From: a bacterium
GTDB lineage: Bacteria; Patescibacteriota; Minisyncoccia; JBBINA01
NCBI GenBank assembly: GCA_037444125.1
Contig: JBBINA010000003.1
Coordinates: 3,167 to 67,166, forward strand
Reading direction: 5' to 3'
Length of the DNA stretch: 64,000 bases
Part shown: in pieces, positions 8,622 through 17,888 of the stretch
Layout of the letters: each line of letters begins with the position of its first letter
Position numbering within the stretch: the stretch's first letter is position 1
Made by a program: the position numbers and the translations under genes
Notes under the pieces: model-generated
What the model saw: only the letters and a program-made list of their open reading frames with translations
Told to the model about the DNA's origin: nothing
The model's database searches: none

Positions 8622-11072
8622 TTGTTTGTGAATGAATCTAAATTCAAAATTTCACCAATTGAGAATGAGCTAAAAAGTTCTTATTTGGCTTATGCACTTT
8701 CAGTTATAATTTCAAGGGCTATCCCTGATCTAAGAGACGGTTTAAAACCCGTGCAGAGAAGAATTCTCTATGCCATGTATAAAACTGGGCTCCTCCACAA
8801 TAAAAAATTTAGAAAATCAGCCACTGTAGTTGGTTCAGTTATTGGCTCTTACCACCCGCATGGTGATTTGCCGGTATATGAAGCGCTAGTTCGAATGACG
8901 CAAGATTTTTCTCTAAGGTATCCGTTGGTTGAAGGACAAGGTAACTTCGGTTCTATTGATGGAGATCCGCCAGCCGCCCACCGTTACACAGAATGTAGAC
9001 TCGCTAGTATTGGCGAAATTCTTTTACGTAATATTGAAAAAAATACTGTTGAATTTATGCCTAATTTTGATGGTACCAAAAAAGAACCAAAAACTTTACC
9101 CGCACCAATTCCTTTACTGCTTTTAAACGGCGCTTCAGGCATTGCCGTAGGTTTAGCCACATATATCTTTCCCCACAATATCAATGAGGTAATAGATAGT
9201 TTTATTTATTTTATTGACCATAAAGAGTGCGCCATTACTGACTTATTGAAATTTATTCAAGGCCCAGATTTCCCTACCGGCGGCGAAATCGTTTCTTCCA
9301 AGGCTGATTTAATAAACTTTTATCAAAGGGGCCAAGGTAAAGTTACTGTAAGATCAAACTATGAATTAGAAGAAGACAAAAGAATTGTCATAACCTCAAT
9401 TCCTTATCAAGTAAATAAAGCTGAAACCTTAAAAAAAGTGGCTACACTGGTTAAGGATAAAAAGCTAGAGGATATCAAAGAAATTAGAGACGAATCAAAT
9501 AAAAAAGGTATTCGTATAGTTTTCGAACTTAAAAAGGGTTCGTCGCCACAGATTGTCTTGAAAAAATTGTTTTATTACACTGACTTCCAAAAAACTTATT
9601 ATGGCAATTTTGTAGCCTTAAAAAACGGCCTGGAACCAAAAATTCTCAACTTAAAAGAATATTACGAGGAATTTCTTCTTTACCGCATTAAAACATTCAA
9701 AAATGAAATTATTTTTGATTTGGAAGAAGCTAAAAAAAGAGTTGAAATCTTGGAAGGCCTAAAAAAAGCTCTAGATAAAATTGATGTCGTCATCGATCTA
9801 ATCAAAAAATCCCAAGATAGAGAAGATGCCAAGCAAAAACTCATCAATTTTCTCCAAATTAACGCAACTCAAGCTGACGCCATTTTAGAAATGAAACTTG
9901 AAAGATTAGCTAGGTTAGAACAAGAAAAGATATTAGCAGAGCTTAAAGAAAAACTAGAAAAAATAACTGCGCTTCAAGAATTACTTAATGATCCACGCAA
10001 AATAGAAAAAAATATTAAAGACGACATTTTGTCTTTAAAAAATAAGTTTAAAAGCCGCCGTCAAACAAAAATTAAAACAAGCGAAATTGAGTCTTCTGAT
10101 CTTTCTAGTCTATCAGCTTATGAAGAAAATTTAGTCGAAAAAAAACCTAATATCCTAATCATTACGAATAATAACTATATTAAAAGATTAGACGCCTCAT
10201 CAATCAAATCCCAAAAAAGAGGCGGCAGTGGTTTATTCCAAAAAACTAAAGACGGCGTAGAAGTTCGCAAAATTACATATCTTGCTTCTACTGACGAACT
10301 TTATCTTATCTCCAACAAAGGAAGGCTTTTTAAAATAAAAACTTTTTCAATCCCTGAGTCTCAACGTCTCAAAGTTGCTTCTCCTATAAACTCGCTTATT
10401 AAACTTGAACCTGATGAGGAAATTGTTGATTTGTTAGGCATAAATCAAGAAACCATATCTAACCATCAGTACTTTGTTTTTTTAACTAAAAAAGGTTTAA
10501 TTAAAAAAGTCGAAATTTCCAAATTTAAACTTATCAAACAGAACGGCGTAAAAGTTATAAAACTCGAAAATGATGATAGAATTTTAGGGTTTGGCTGCGC
10601 CAAACTAAAATCAGAAGTGCTTATAGCCACGCGAAAAGGCCTAGGTATTCGTTTTGAACTAGACCGAGTCAGGTCTCAAGGAAAAACAAGTTATGGCGTA
10701 AAATCACTTCGCTTTAAAAAACAAGGGGACGAAATAATGGACTTCTTAATAATTAACGATCCTGCGCCTGAATCATTAATATTTATTGCAACTGAAAAAG
10801 GTTATGGTAAAATTATCAGATTAAAAGATATTAGAAAAATAAATCGCGGCGGAAGCGGCGTTATTATCCTAAAAATAAACGCCTCAAAAGGCGAATTAGC
10901 CAAGATTAGCCAAATTTATAATTTAAACAGCGAAGCTATGCTTATAACTAAGAAGGGTGTTGTTTTAAGATTAGCAGCCAAAGAGGTTCCTTTATTGGGG
11001 CGAAACTCGTCGGGCGTTAGAATTATTAGATTAGAAAGTGAAGACTCGCTAAAAAGTTGCGTTGTCTTTTAA
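8622..11072 (+). CDS. gyrA: DNA gyrase / type IIA topoisomerase subunit A
   Basis: [22 protein letters not shown], catalytic [14 protein letters not shown], GyrA-box-like QKRGGSG, C-terminal pinwheel repeats. Confidence 0.92.
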   Translation: MFVNESKFKISPIENELKSSYLAYALSVIISRAIPDLRDGLKPVQRRILYAMYKTGLLHNKKFRKSATVVGSVIGSYHPHGDLPVYEALVRMTQDFSLRYPLVEGQGNFGSIDGDPPAAHRYTECRLASIGEILLRNIEKNTVEFMPNFDGTKKEPKTLPAPIPLLLLNGASGIAVGLATYIFPHNINEVIDSFIYFIDHKECAITDLLKFIQGPDFPTGGEIVSSKADLINFYQRGQGKVTVRSNYELEEDKRIVITSIPYQVNKAETLKKVATLVKDKKLEDIKEIRDESNKKGIRIVFELKKGSSPQIVLKKLFYYTDFQKTYYGNFVALKNGLEPKILNLKEYYEEFLLYRIKTFKNEIIFDLEEAKKRVEILEGLKKALDKIDVVIDLIKKSQDREDAKQKLINFLQINATQADAILEMKLERLARLEQEKILAELKEKLEKITALQELLNDPRKIEKNIKDDILSLKNKFKSRRQTKIKTSEIESSDLSSLSAYEENLVEKKPNILIITNNNYIKRLDASSIKSQKRGGSGLFQKTKDGVEVRKITYLASTDELYLISNKGRLFKIKTFSIPESQRLKVASPINSLIKLEPDEEIVDLLGINQETISNHQYFVFLTKKGLIKKVEISKFKLIKQNGVKVIKLENDDRILGFGCAKLKSEVLIATRKGLGIRFELDRVRSQGKTSYGVKSLRFKKQGDEIMDFLIINDPAPESLIFIATEKGYGKIIRLKDIRKINRGGSGVIILKINASKGELAKISQIYNLNSEAMLITKKGVVLRLAAKEVPLLGRNSSGVRIIRLESEDSLKSCVVF

Positions 11073-11116
11073 ACATCATAGAATTGTCAGCAATTTAATA
11101 AAACTGTTTTAGATAA

Positions 11117-11659
11117 ATGGATCTTTTTATAAAGCCAGACAAGTTCATAAAAAATCTTGCTTATATTAAACCATCTTTTAATGTAGCTGATTTTGGCTGC
11201 GGATCAGGCTATTTTACTCTAGAAATTGCCAAAAAAATCGGTCAAATTTCTAAAGTTTATGCCATAGACATACTTAAAGAACCTCTGATTAATTTAAAAA
11301 GGAAAGCTGAAATGCTTGGCATATTTAATATTAAATTTGTTCTGTCTGATTTAGAAAAAATTGGCGGCTCTCTTTTGGACAACGAATCTGTCAATTGCGT
11401 ATTCGTTGCTAATATTCTTTTCCAGGTAAAACATAAAAATAATTTAATTAATGAAGCAATAAGAATTATCCAAAAAAACGGCTATTTAATTTTACTTGAA
11501 TACGAAAATTCTTTCGCGCAATTCGGGCCGCCAAAAACACAACGGATACCCAAAAAACTCTTACTGGAACTTCTAAATGACTCAGGTATGAAACTCATCG
11601 AAGACTTCAAACCAAGCGAAAGTCATTATTGCCTTGTTTATGAGAAAACGATACAATGA
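11117..11659 (+). CDS. Class I SAM-dependent methyltransferase
   Basis: VADFGCGSGYFT motif I, VYAIDI, C-terminal FGPP..RI. Confidence 0.85.
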   Translation: MDLFIKPDKFIKNLAYIKPSFNVADFGCGSGYFTLEIAKKIGQISKVYAIDILKEPLINLKRKAEMLGIFNIKFVLSDLEKIGGSLLDNESVNCVFVANILFQVKHKNNLINEAIRIIQKNGYLILLEYENSFAQFGPPKTQRIPKKLLLELLNDSGMKLIEDFKPSESHYCLVYEKTIQ

Positions 11660-12966
11660 TGTTCTTACAACCTAAATCAATACGACTTATTGTCATAATA
11701 TTTATATGCTTATTATTGGTTACTTTTGTTTTGTTATGGTTTAGCTCCAAAAAAAAAGAACCAGTCCTACCAGTACAACTATACTTTTGGGGTGTTTTTG
11801 ATGATTCAGATATTTACGAAGATTTTATAAGAGAGTTTAGATTAAAACATCCTGATGTAAGTATCGAATACAAGAAATTTGACTATCTTGAATATGAAAG
11901 CGAGCTGCTAGATGCACTCAATAAGAAAATTGGTCCTGACATATTTTTTATCCATAACGCTGGCCTTTGGCGGTATATGAACTTTATATCTCCGGCTCCT
12001 CGTAATCTTATATCATCGGATTATGTACAAAAAAATTACGCGCCGGTAGTAACTAAAGATTTTGTAAGGGATAACGAAGTATATTCTTTGCCTTTATATG
12101 TTTCCACGCCAGCTCTTTTTTATAATAAAAAGCTCTTTACTAAAAATTTTATCGTCAGTCCTCCATACACATGGGAGGAATTTATCAAACAAACCGAAGT
12201 TTTAAAAAGAATAGACGAAAATGGCAACATACTTACCGCTGGCGCAGCCATGGGAACGGCTCAGAATATCAACCGGGCAGTGGACATATTGTATCTTTTA
12301 ATGCTGCAGTCTGGAACAATATTTTATGCTGATAATGGACGAGCTGTTTTTGCCCAAGATATTATTATTGATAACAAAACTTTCAATCCGGCTGAACAAG
12401 CGTTAAAGTTTTACACTGATTTTGCTAATCCTAAAAAAAAGGTATACACTTACAATAATACCCTTGATTACTCTATTGACCTTTTTACTAAAGACCGTTT
12501 AGGCATGATGTTTAACTATAACTGGCATATCAGAACTATTAGGACAAAAAACCCCCTGCTTGACTTTGGAATAGCTCCTATTCCACAACCAAAAGTTTCA
12601 AAAAACCAAAAAGCCTTTGCTAACTATTGGTCCTTGGTAGTGAATAAAAATTCAGCGTTTAAAAATATTGCTTGGGAATTCATCAGTTTTTTAAGTCAAC
12701 CGGAAAATCTTAAACGTTACCTTCAAAAAACATCCAATCCCACTCCTCGTAAAGACCTAATTTCTTGGCAAATTGAAAATATGCCGGAACTAGCTGTTTT
12801 TGCTTCGCAAATTATTATTGCCGACTCTTTTCCCCGCTACGATGATGTTGCATACGAAAAAGTTTTTAATAAAATGATAGATGATGTTGTCTATGAATAC
12901 TATAGTCCAAAAACAGCACTACAAAATGCCCAAAACGAAATAAATAAAATAATAATAAGTAGATAA
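11656..12966 (+). CDS. Membrane-anchored extracellular solute-binding protein (sugar-type, SBP family 1)
   Basis: N-terminal TM; GPDIF, LPLYVSTPALFYNKKLF, PPYTWEEF, DFGIAPIPQ, AWEFISFL. Confidence 0.85.
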   Translation: MMFLQPKSIRLIVIIFICLLLVTFVLLWFSSKKKEPVLPVQLYFWGVFDDSDIYEDFIREFRLKHPDVSIEYKKFDYLEYESELLDALNKKIGPDIFFIHNAGLWRYMNFISPAPRNLISSDYVQKNYAPVVTKDFVRDNEVYSLPLYVSTPALFYNKKLFTKNFIVSPPYTWEEFIKQTEVLKRIDENGNILTAGAAMGTAQNINRAVDILYLLMLQSGTIFYADNGRAVFAQDIIIDNKTFNPAEQALKFYTDFANPKKKVYTYNNTLDYSIDLFTKDRLGMMFNYNWHIRTIRTKNPLLDFGIAPIPQPKVSKNQKAFANYWSLVVNKNSAFKNIAWEFISFLSQPENLKRYLQKTSNPTPRKDLISWQIENMPELAVFASQIIIADSFPRYDDVAYEKVFNKMIDDVVYEYYSPKTALQNAQNEINKIIISR

Positions 12967-12981
12967 ATCCTATAAAATACG

Positions 12982-13986
12982 GTGCAAAACAACTATAAAA
13001 TTATAAAAATATCGCAACTCAAAAAGTTTTTATGGTTTTTTTTCTTCTATATTATTATATTGTCACTACCTAAAATAGGTAAAGCGCAACTTAGCTTAAA
13101 CTGCACAGGTAGTTGCATCAAAGGTAGTGATTGTTCAATTTCTTTATCATTTACTTGTCCTGCAGGTATTCCACCTGGCACTAACTGTTTAGTAACAGGC
13201 AATATGCCACCAATCGGATCAAATGCTCAATGTGGGGCAGGCGGAATAGGAAGCGGCACAGTTATGTTCAGCGGCAGCAGTTATCCTGCCTCGGGACAAT
13301 TCGAAGTAAACCTAACATGCCTTGGCAGACATGATAACTGCGCTATCCCTATCCAAAGTACACCAGGCAACAATAATAATAGCATATGTGAACCCGGCGA
13401 ATCTGGCCTACCTGACTGTGACGGCAACTGTGATCCAACAACTGAATGCGATTCATCTGACTGCGCCGACAACGCTCTTTGCAATTCTGGTGGGTGCAGT
13501 GCTGATGGTAATTGTAATACCGGTTGCGCAGGGGCAGGATTTGCTGATCCTGACTGTACAATGCTGCCATCTGACTTACCACCTGCCGGGCCAAGTGGTA
13601 AGATATGTGCCGGGGTGCCCCCACCACCATCAAATCCAAAACTATGCGAAAACATAGTTCGTTGCGGCGGCTGTTGGGAACCACCCTGCAATCTATGTCA
13701 CATCTTTGAAACCATCAGCAATATTATAAATTGCATCTTGAGATTAGCGTTCCTTATAGGCGCAGTCTTAATTGTCTTTGGAGGTATGTTAATTCTTCTT
13801 TCAGGTTTTTATCCAAATCTTCGCCAACAAGGCAAAACAATTTTTACAGCTGTTATTTACGGCCTAATTATTGCTATGTTATCTTATATCATTGTTTTTA
13901 CTATTGTTTCGCTTTTTGCCCAAAATATGGCCGACTTCAGTTTCTCAGCCAGTGGCTTTAGTTTTACCTGCCAAGCTTATCAATAA
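12982..13986 (+). CDS. TrbC/VirB2-like pilin with Cys-rich N-terminal domain (pilin 1)
   Basis: Signal peptide, about 26 Cys, then the CPR-type pilin core IVRCGG..PCNLCHIFETISNII..LIVFGG.....G.......GK..F...IYGLII with two TM helices. Confidence 0.75.
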   Translation: MQNNYKIIKISQLKKFLWFFFFYIIILSLPKIGKAQLSLNCTGSCIKGSDCSISLSFTCPAGIPPGTNCLVTGNMPPIGSNAQCGAGGIGSGTVMFSGSSYPASGQFEVNLTCLGRHDNCAIPIQSTPGNNNNSICEPGESGLPDCDGNCDPTTECDSSDCADNALCNSGGCSADGNCNTGCAGAGFADPDCTMLPSDLPPAGPSGKICAGVPPPPSNPKLCENIVRCGGCWEPPCNLCHIFETISNIINCILRLAFLIGAVLIVFGGMLILLSGFYPNLRQQGKTIFTAVIYGLIIAMLSYIIVFTIVSLFAQNMADFSFSASGFSFTCQAYQ

Positions 13987-13995
13987 AATAAATCT

Positions 13996-14370
13996 TTGAA
14001 GCGAAGAAAAAACATAATCCCAAAACTTATATACTACATAATAGCGTTAATAACAGTTTTGCCTACAACAGCAACAGCGCAACCAACAGACTGTCTTGGC
14101 GGATGTCCCTTACCGCAGTATAGCATTTTTGACAGCATTGAAAGTTTTTTAGATAAAGTAGCCTGGTTTGTTGCTTCAGTGGCTTTTCCGATCGCCGGCA
14201 TTGCTCTAATCTGGGCAGGCATCAAGTTTCTTTTGGCCAGAGGCGACGAAATGCAACTAAGGGAAGCTAAAGAAAATCTCAGATGGGCAATAATAGGGAC
14301 ATTCATTGCTCTAGGTGCCTATGTTTTCGTTAACACTATCAAAAAAGTCATTGAAACCTTTGCGCCGTAA
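13996..14370 (+). CDS. TrbC/VirB2-like pilin (pilin 2)
   Basis: Signal peptide ending ATA-Q; TM-AGIKFLLARGDEMQLREAKENLRWAIIG-TM. Confidence 0.8.
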   Translation: MKRRKNIIPKLIYYIIALITVLPTTATAQPTDCLGGCPLPQYSIFDSIESFLDKVAWFVASVAFPIAGIALIWAGIKFLLARGDEMQLREAKENLRWAIIGTFIALGAYVFVNTIKKVIETFAP

Positions 14371-14397
14371 ATAAAATTAAATTAAATATTAAATTAA

Positions 14398-14775
14398 ATG
14401 AAAAAACTAATACTGAAATTAACAATAGTAACAACAAGCGTCTTTGTCTTCTTTTTTTGTGTTAGTCCAACGGTTCTTACACAAAATCTCATCACTAATG
14501 TGATTGATATTACATCTCCAACAGGTCAAAGAACCATTATTGAAATCCTTAAAGAGGTTTTAAATTGGATAGTTTTATTAGGTCTACCAATTACTGGAGC
14601 CTTTCTGATTCTTGCCGGCATCAAGTTTTTAACTGCTCACGGAGACGAAAGCCAAATTCGCGATGCCAAACGAATGTTAGTCTATACAATCGTCGGTGGA
14701 GCCATAGTTTTAGCCGCCTTTATTATTGTCAACACAATACGGGAAATTCTAATTAGAAAAGGGCTATTCATTTAA
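14398..14775 (+). CDS. TrbC/VirB2-like pilin (pilin 3)
   Basis: TM-AGIKFLTAHGDESQIRDAKRMLVYTIVG-TM. Confidence 0.8.
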   Translation: MKKLILKLTIVTTSVFVFFFCVSPTVLTQNLITNVIDITSPTGQRTIIEILKEVLNWIVLLGLPITGAFLILAGIKFLTAHGDESQIRDAKRMLVYTIVGGAIVLAAFIIVNTIREILIRKGLFI

Positions 14776-14798
14776 TAATTTTAGGCTAAAATAATATT

Positions 14799-15206
14799 AT
14801 GCTGAAAAAATTTTTTACAATACTAACGGTAATTTTTCTCTTATTGAATATAATACTCTTTGCCCTGCGTTCTTATGCCTTTGACGCTAATATTTTGGTA
14901 AATCCGCCTAACCAGCTTAATAATATGTATCCCTCCAATCAAATGCAGGCAGGAGAAATTCTTGAATTTATCATTGCCATCAGGAATTTTATTTTATTTC
15001 TCGGTGTGGCACTTTTTATAATTTTTGTGGTTATTGCCGGCATTAAATATATGGGCTCCGGTGGAGACGAGGCTAAAATAGAAGAAGCCAGAAAAAATCT
15101 TATATACGCCATTGTGGGTGGCATTATAACTTTCAGCGCTTTTATCATAATGCAGGCAATTATAAGCTTCATTAAACAATCAATTGATTTTAATTCTCTA
15201 TTCTAA
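14799..15206 (+). CDS. TrbC/VirB2-like pilin (pilin 4)
   Basis: TM-AGIKYMGSGGDEAKIEEARKNLIYAIVG-TM. Confidence 0.8.
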   Translation: MLKKFFTILTVIFLLLNIILFALRSYAFDANILVNPPNQLNNMYPSNQMQAGEILEFIIAIRNFILFLGVALFIIFVVIAGIKYMGSGGDEAKIEEARKNLIYAIVGGIITFSAFIIMQAIISFIKQSIDFNSLF

Positions 15207-15217
15207 CAAAAACTATA

Positions 15218-15245
15218 TTGACATCTGGTTTACAATCCCTAAAAT
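15218..15245 (+). promoter_or_regulatory. Near-consensus sigma70 promoter for pilin 5
   Basis: TTGACA-N16-TAAAAT. Confidence 0.65.
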
Positions 15246-15331
15246 AAAAGTTAAGCTAATAAAAAACAGTTAGCAAAGATTAAATATATTAAATAAATAA
15301 AAATATTTAAGAGAAAGGGGGTGAAAAAATA

Positions 15332-15769
15332 ATGATAACCAAACTAAGTTTAAATGCTAAAAAACTTGTGGGTTTAATGTTTTTAGGACTTATGGTAGTA
15401 GGAGCGCTGGCTGGATTTTATGGCAACACGGACGCCCAGTGGAACCCAAACTATATAGGTTGGCCCGGCAATACTCTCAATAACTTTTATCCAACTACTT
15501 CGGTGGACGTGGCAGATATACTAATGATGATTATCGGTATAAGAAACTTTATCTTATTCTTAGGCATAGTGCTTGGTATTATATTCTTAGTATTAGGAGG
15601 GATAAACTATATGAGATCCGGAGGTGATGAGGCTAAAATGGCAACAGCCAGGGCGCAAATTATAGGTGGCATCATTGGTCTCGCTGTGGCAGTAGCCGCA
15701 TTCGTTTTATTGTCCGCCATAGTTGATTTTGTGGAAAAATCAGGGCAAGGAATAACAGAATTACAATAA
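15332..15769 (+). CDS. TrbC/VirB2-like pilin (pilin 5, candidate major subunit)
   Basis: TM-GGINYMRSGGDEAKMATARAQIIGGIIG-TM; SD-like AAAGGGGGTGA upstream. Confidence 0.8.
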   Translation: MITKLSLNAKKLVGLMFLGLMVVGALAGFYGNTDAQWNPNYIGWPGNTLNNFYPTTSVDVADILMMIIGIRNFILFLGIVLGIIFLVLGGINYMRSGGDEAKMATARAQIIGGIIGLAVAVAAFVLLSAIVDFVEKSGQGITELQ

Positions 15770-15782
15770 AAATAATATAAAA

Positions 15783-15822
15783 ATAAAAAGAGAGGGTAAG
15801 GGTTTCGCACCTCTCTTTTTAT
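15783..15822 (+). terminator. Intrinsic terminator after pilin 5
   Basis: ATAAAAAGAGAGG-loop-CCTCTCTTTTTAT followed by a T-tract. Confidence 0.7.
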
Positions 15823-15860
15823 TTTTTATAAAATTATAAAAAATAATCTCACTAAATAGC

Positions 15861-15888
15861 TTGAAAACAGAAAATTAAAAAATATAAT
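15861..15888 (+). promoter_or_regulatory. sigma70 promoter for pilin 6, probably leaderless
   Basis: TTGAAA-N16-TATAAT ending 6 nt before ATG 15895. Confidence 0.55.
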
Positions 15889-15894
15889 TAAATT

Positions 15895-16257
15895 ATGGAA
15901 AACCTACTGGATTTAATAATAACTAAAATCGTTTTTGCGCAAGCTGGAAACGTCCTCTGCCCCAGCGGCGTAGCTAACGGCCTTGTGCCATGCGATCCCT
16001 GGGCACCAGAAGATATCCTTATTTTCTTTATTTCTGTCAGAGATTTTCTGCTGGCCGTAGGTTTAGTTTTAATAATTATTTTTTTGGTTTTAAGCGGGAT
16101 AAAATTTTTAACTTCCCGAGGCAACGAAAGTCAGGTTGAAGAAGCGCGGAAAATGCTTATTTGGTCAATTGTCGGTGCGATTGTCTTAATCGGTGCTTTT
16201 GTTATCCTGCAAATGATAATTGGGATCCTACGGGATAAAGGGTTCAAAATATTCTAA
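15895..16257 (+). CDS. TrbC/VirB2-like pilin (pilin 6)
   Basis: VFAQ, GLVPC, TM-SGIKFLTSRGNESQVEEARKMLIWSIVG-TM. Confidence 0.8.
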   Translation: MENLLDLIITKIVFAQAGNVLCPSGVANGLVPCDPWAPEDILIFFISVRDFLLAVGLVLIIIFLVLSGIKFLTSRGNESQVEEARKMLIWSIVGAIVLIGAFVILQMIIGILRDKGFKIF

Positions 16258-16262
16258 ATATT

Positions 16263-17888
16263 CTAAAGACGATACACAGTAATTTCTTCAAAATAAGAAT
16301 CTTCGTATACTTTTTTTAATTCCGGACTTTGTCTAATCAAATAATCAAAATTGTAATTTTTTTGAATTTTTTTTAAATTATACCTATCAACGACTAAAAA
16401 CTTAGCGTTAAATTCTTCTTTTAAAAGCTTATACAGGGCGTTATCGCTTTTATCGTAGCAAGCAAGCTTTTCGCCGCATTTTGACGCATATCTATCACAA
16501 ATCGCGCCTAGCCTTATCAAATTATCATAGTAGAAAAACTTTCTCGGATTATAGGGCAATATTGAATTACCATTAAGACCAACGACATAGTAATTATGAG
16601 TATTGTAATAAAAAAAGTAAGGGAAGATATCCCAACGGTCTAAAAAAACAAGATCACCGGGTTCCGAATTGTGCTTTAAAAACATAGCCGCGCCATAAAA
16701 CCGGGACAACGAAAAAGCTTGCCTATCAAAATGTCTTGCTTCACTTAACCATATTAACAAAACAATCGATAAGGTAAACGCCGCTACTATAATTACTGAC
16801 AAATAATACAGGGAGCGTCTTATCAACAACCTTGACTCTCTATTTAACAAACGATTAAAAAGTCTAAAATTTATATTTTCAGGCAAAAAAATATGAAAAC
16901 AAGCCACAAGAAAAAGAAAAATCAAGGGAACGCTATATTCAACAAATCGCTGAGACAAGAAAGTTAAAAACACAAAAAAAACTGAGCTTAGCCATAGAAA
17001 AAACCATTGAGAACACTGGCGATTTTTCTTTTGTTGGATTTCCTGATATAAAAAAAAGAAGCCAAAGCTTAAAATCACCAGATAACCAATCAAAATATAA
17101 AATAGATGCCTATCACTAAAGTAGGGAGAAGTCCACTCAATACTAACAGGAAAAGCAAAATTAATGATTGGGTTGGTATAAATCGCCTGCGAATTTAAAA
17201 TATTATTTGGAAAATATGGATTAAGAATTATACCCCACACTATACCAGAAATAACGCACAAAAACGGCTTTAAATCAAGCGCTTTATCAACAATTAACCG
17301 ACTTAAGAAATATAAAAAAGCAAGTATTACTAAAATTACATAACCATCATAAGCCCAGACAAAGAAAAAGCTGGTCATAAAAAGAAACCAATTTCTTCTA
17401 AGTAAAAGCGCATAAAGCCCGGTTAAAAAAAACAGAACAGCAAAAGCAATAGCTCTAACATTTTGAAACCTACTCATAAAATACGAAGCAAGCGGAAACA
17501 AAAAAAATAGTAAAAAAAATATAAAATGATGATCTCTTCGAATATGTTTAATAATAAGATATAAAATGCCCAAAATAAACCCAACTACAAGGGACTGTAG
17601 AAGTTTAGTGCCGTTTAAATCACCAAAAACTTTAACAAACGGGATAAGCACTACTGACCACAGAAAGTGTATACCCGGAAAATCCTTGCGCCAGCTAGTA
17701 TGATAAAGCCAAGGCATTTCTTTTATAAATCCTTTATCAGCATATATATGAGACATAGCAATGTAAAAATAACTGTCATTATCATTAATTTCATAAATAA
17801 TCTGAAATCCCAAAAACCAAACTAGCGAAACAAGCAGAAAGACAAACAAAAAACCGTGTTTTTTTATTCTTTGGCTTACAAAAGTCAT
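16263..17888 (-). CDS. Polytopic membrane protein, GT-C fold glycosyltransferase candidate (STT3/ArnT-like)
   Basis: More than 10 TM; acidic first-loop DNDSYFYI; soluble C-domain with GDLVFLDRWDIFPYFFYYN. Confidence 0.55.
   Translation of the reverse strand: MTFVSQRIKKHGFLFVFLLVSLVWFLGFQIIYEINDNDSYFYIAMSHIYADKGFIKEMPWLYHTSWRKDFPGIHFLWSVVLIPFVKVFGDLNGTKLLQSLVVGFILGILYLIIKHIRRDHHFIFFLLFFLFPLASYFMSRFQNVRAIAFAVLFFLTGLYALLLRRNWFLFMTSFFFVWAYDGYVILVILAFLYFLSRLIVDKALDLKPFLCVISGIVWGIILNPYFPNNILNSQAIYTNPIINFAFPVSIEWTSPYFSDRHLFYILIGYLVILSFGFFFLYQEIQQKKNRQCSQWFFLWLSSVFFVFLTFLSQRFVEYSVPLIFLFLVACFHIFLPENINFRLFNRLLNRESRLLIRRSLYYLSVIIVAAFTLSIVLLIWLSEARHFDRQAFSLSRFYGAAMFLKHNSEPGDLVFLDRWDIFPYFFYYNTHNYYVVGLNGNSILPYNPRKFFYYDNLIRLGAICDRYASKCGEKLACYDKSDNALYKLLKEEFNAKFLVVDRYNLKKIQKNYNFDYLIRQSPELKKVYEDSYFEEITVYRL

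Noticed and set aside
13281-14306. Several alternative-frame and antisense ORFs over pilins 1-2
   Set aside because: By-products of locally higher GC; no motifs or translation signals.
12982-16257. Type IV (PilA-like) pilins or a DGR target
   Set aside because: There is no G|FTLIE prepilin motif, and no reverse transcriptase or TR/VR pair differing at adenines. The two-TM core matches VirB2/TrbC instead.
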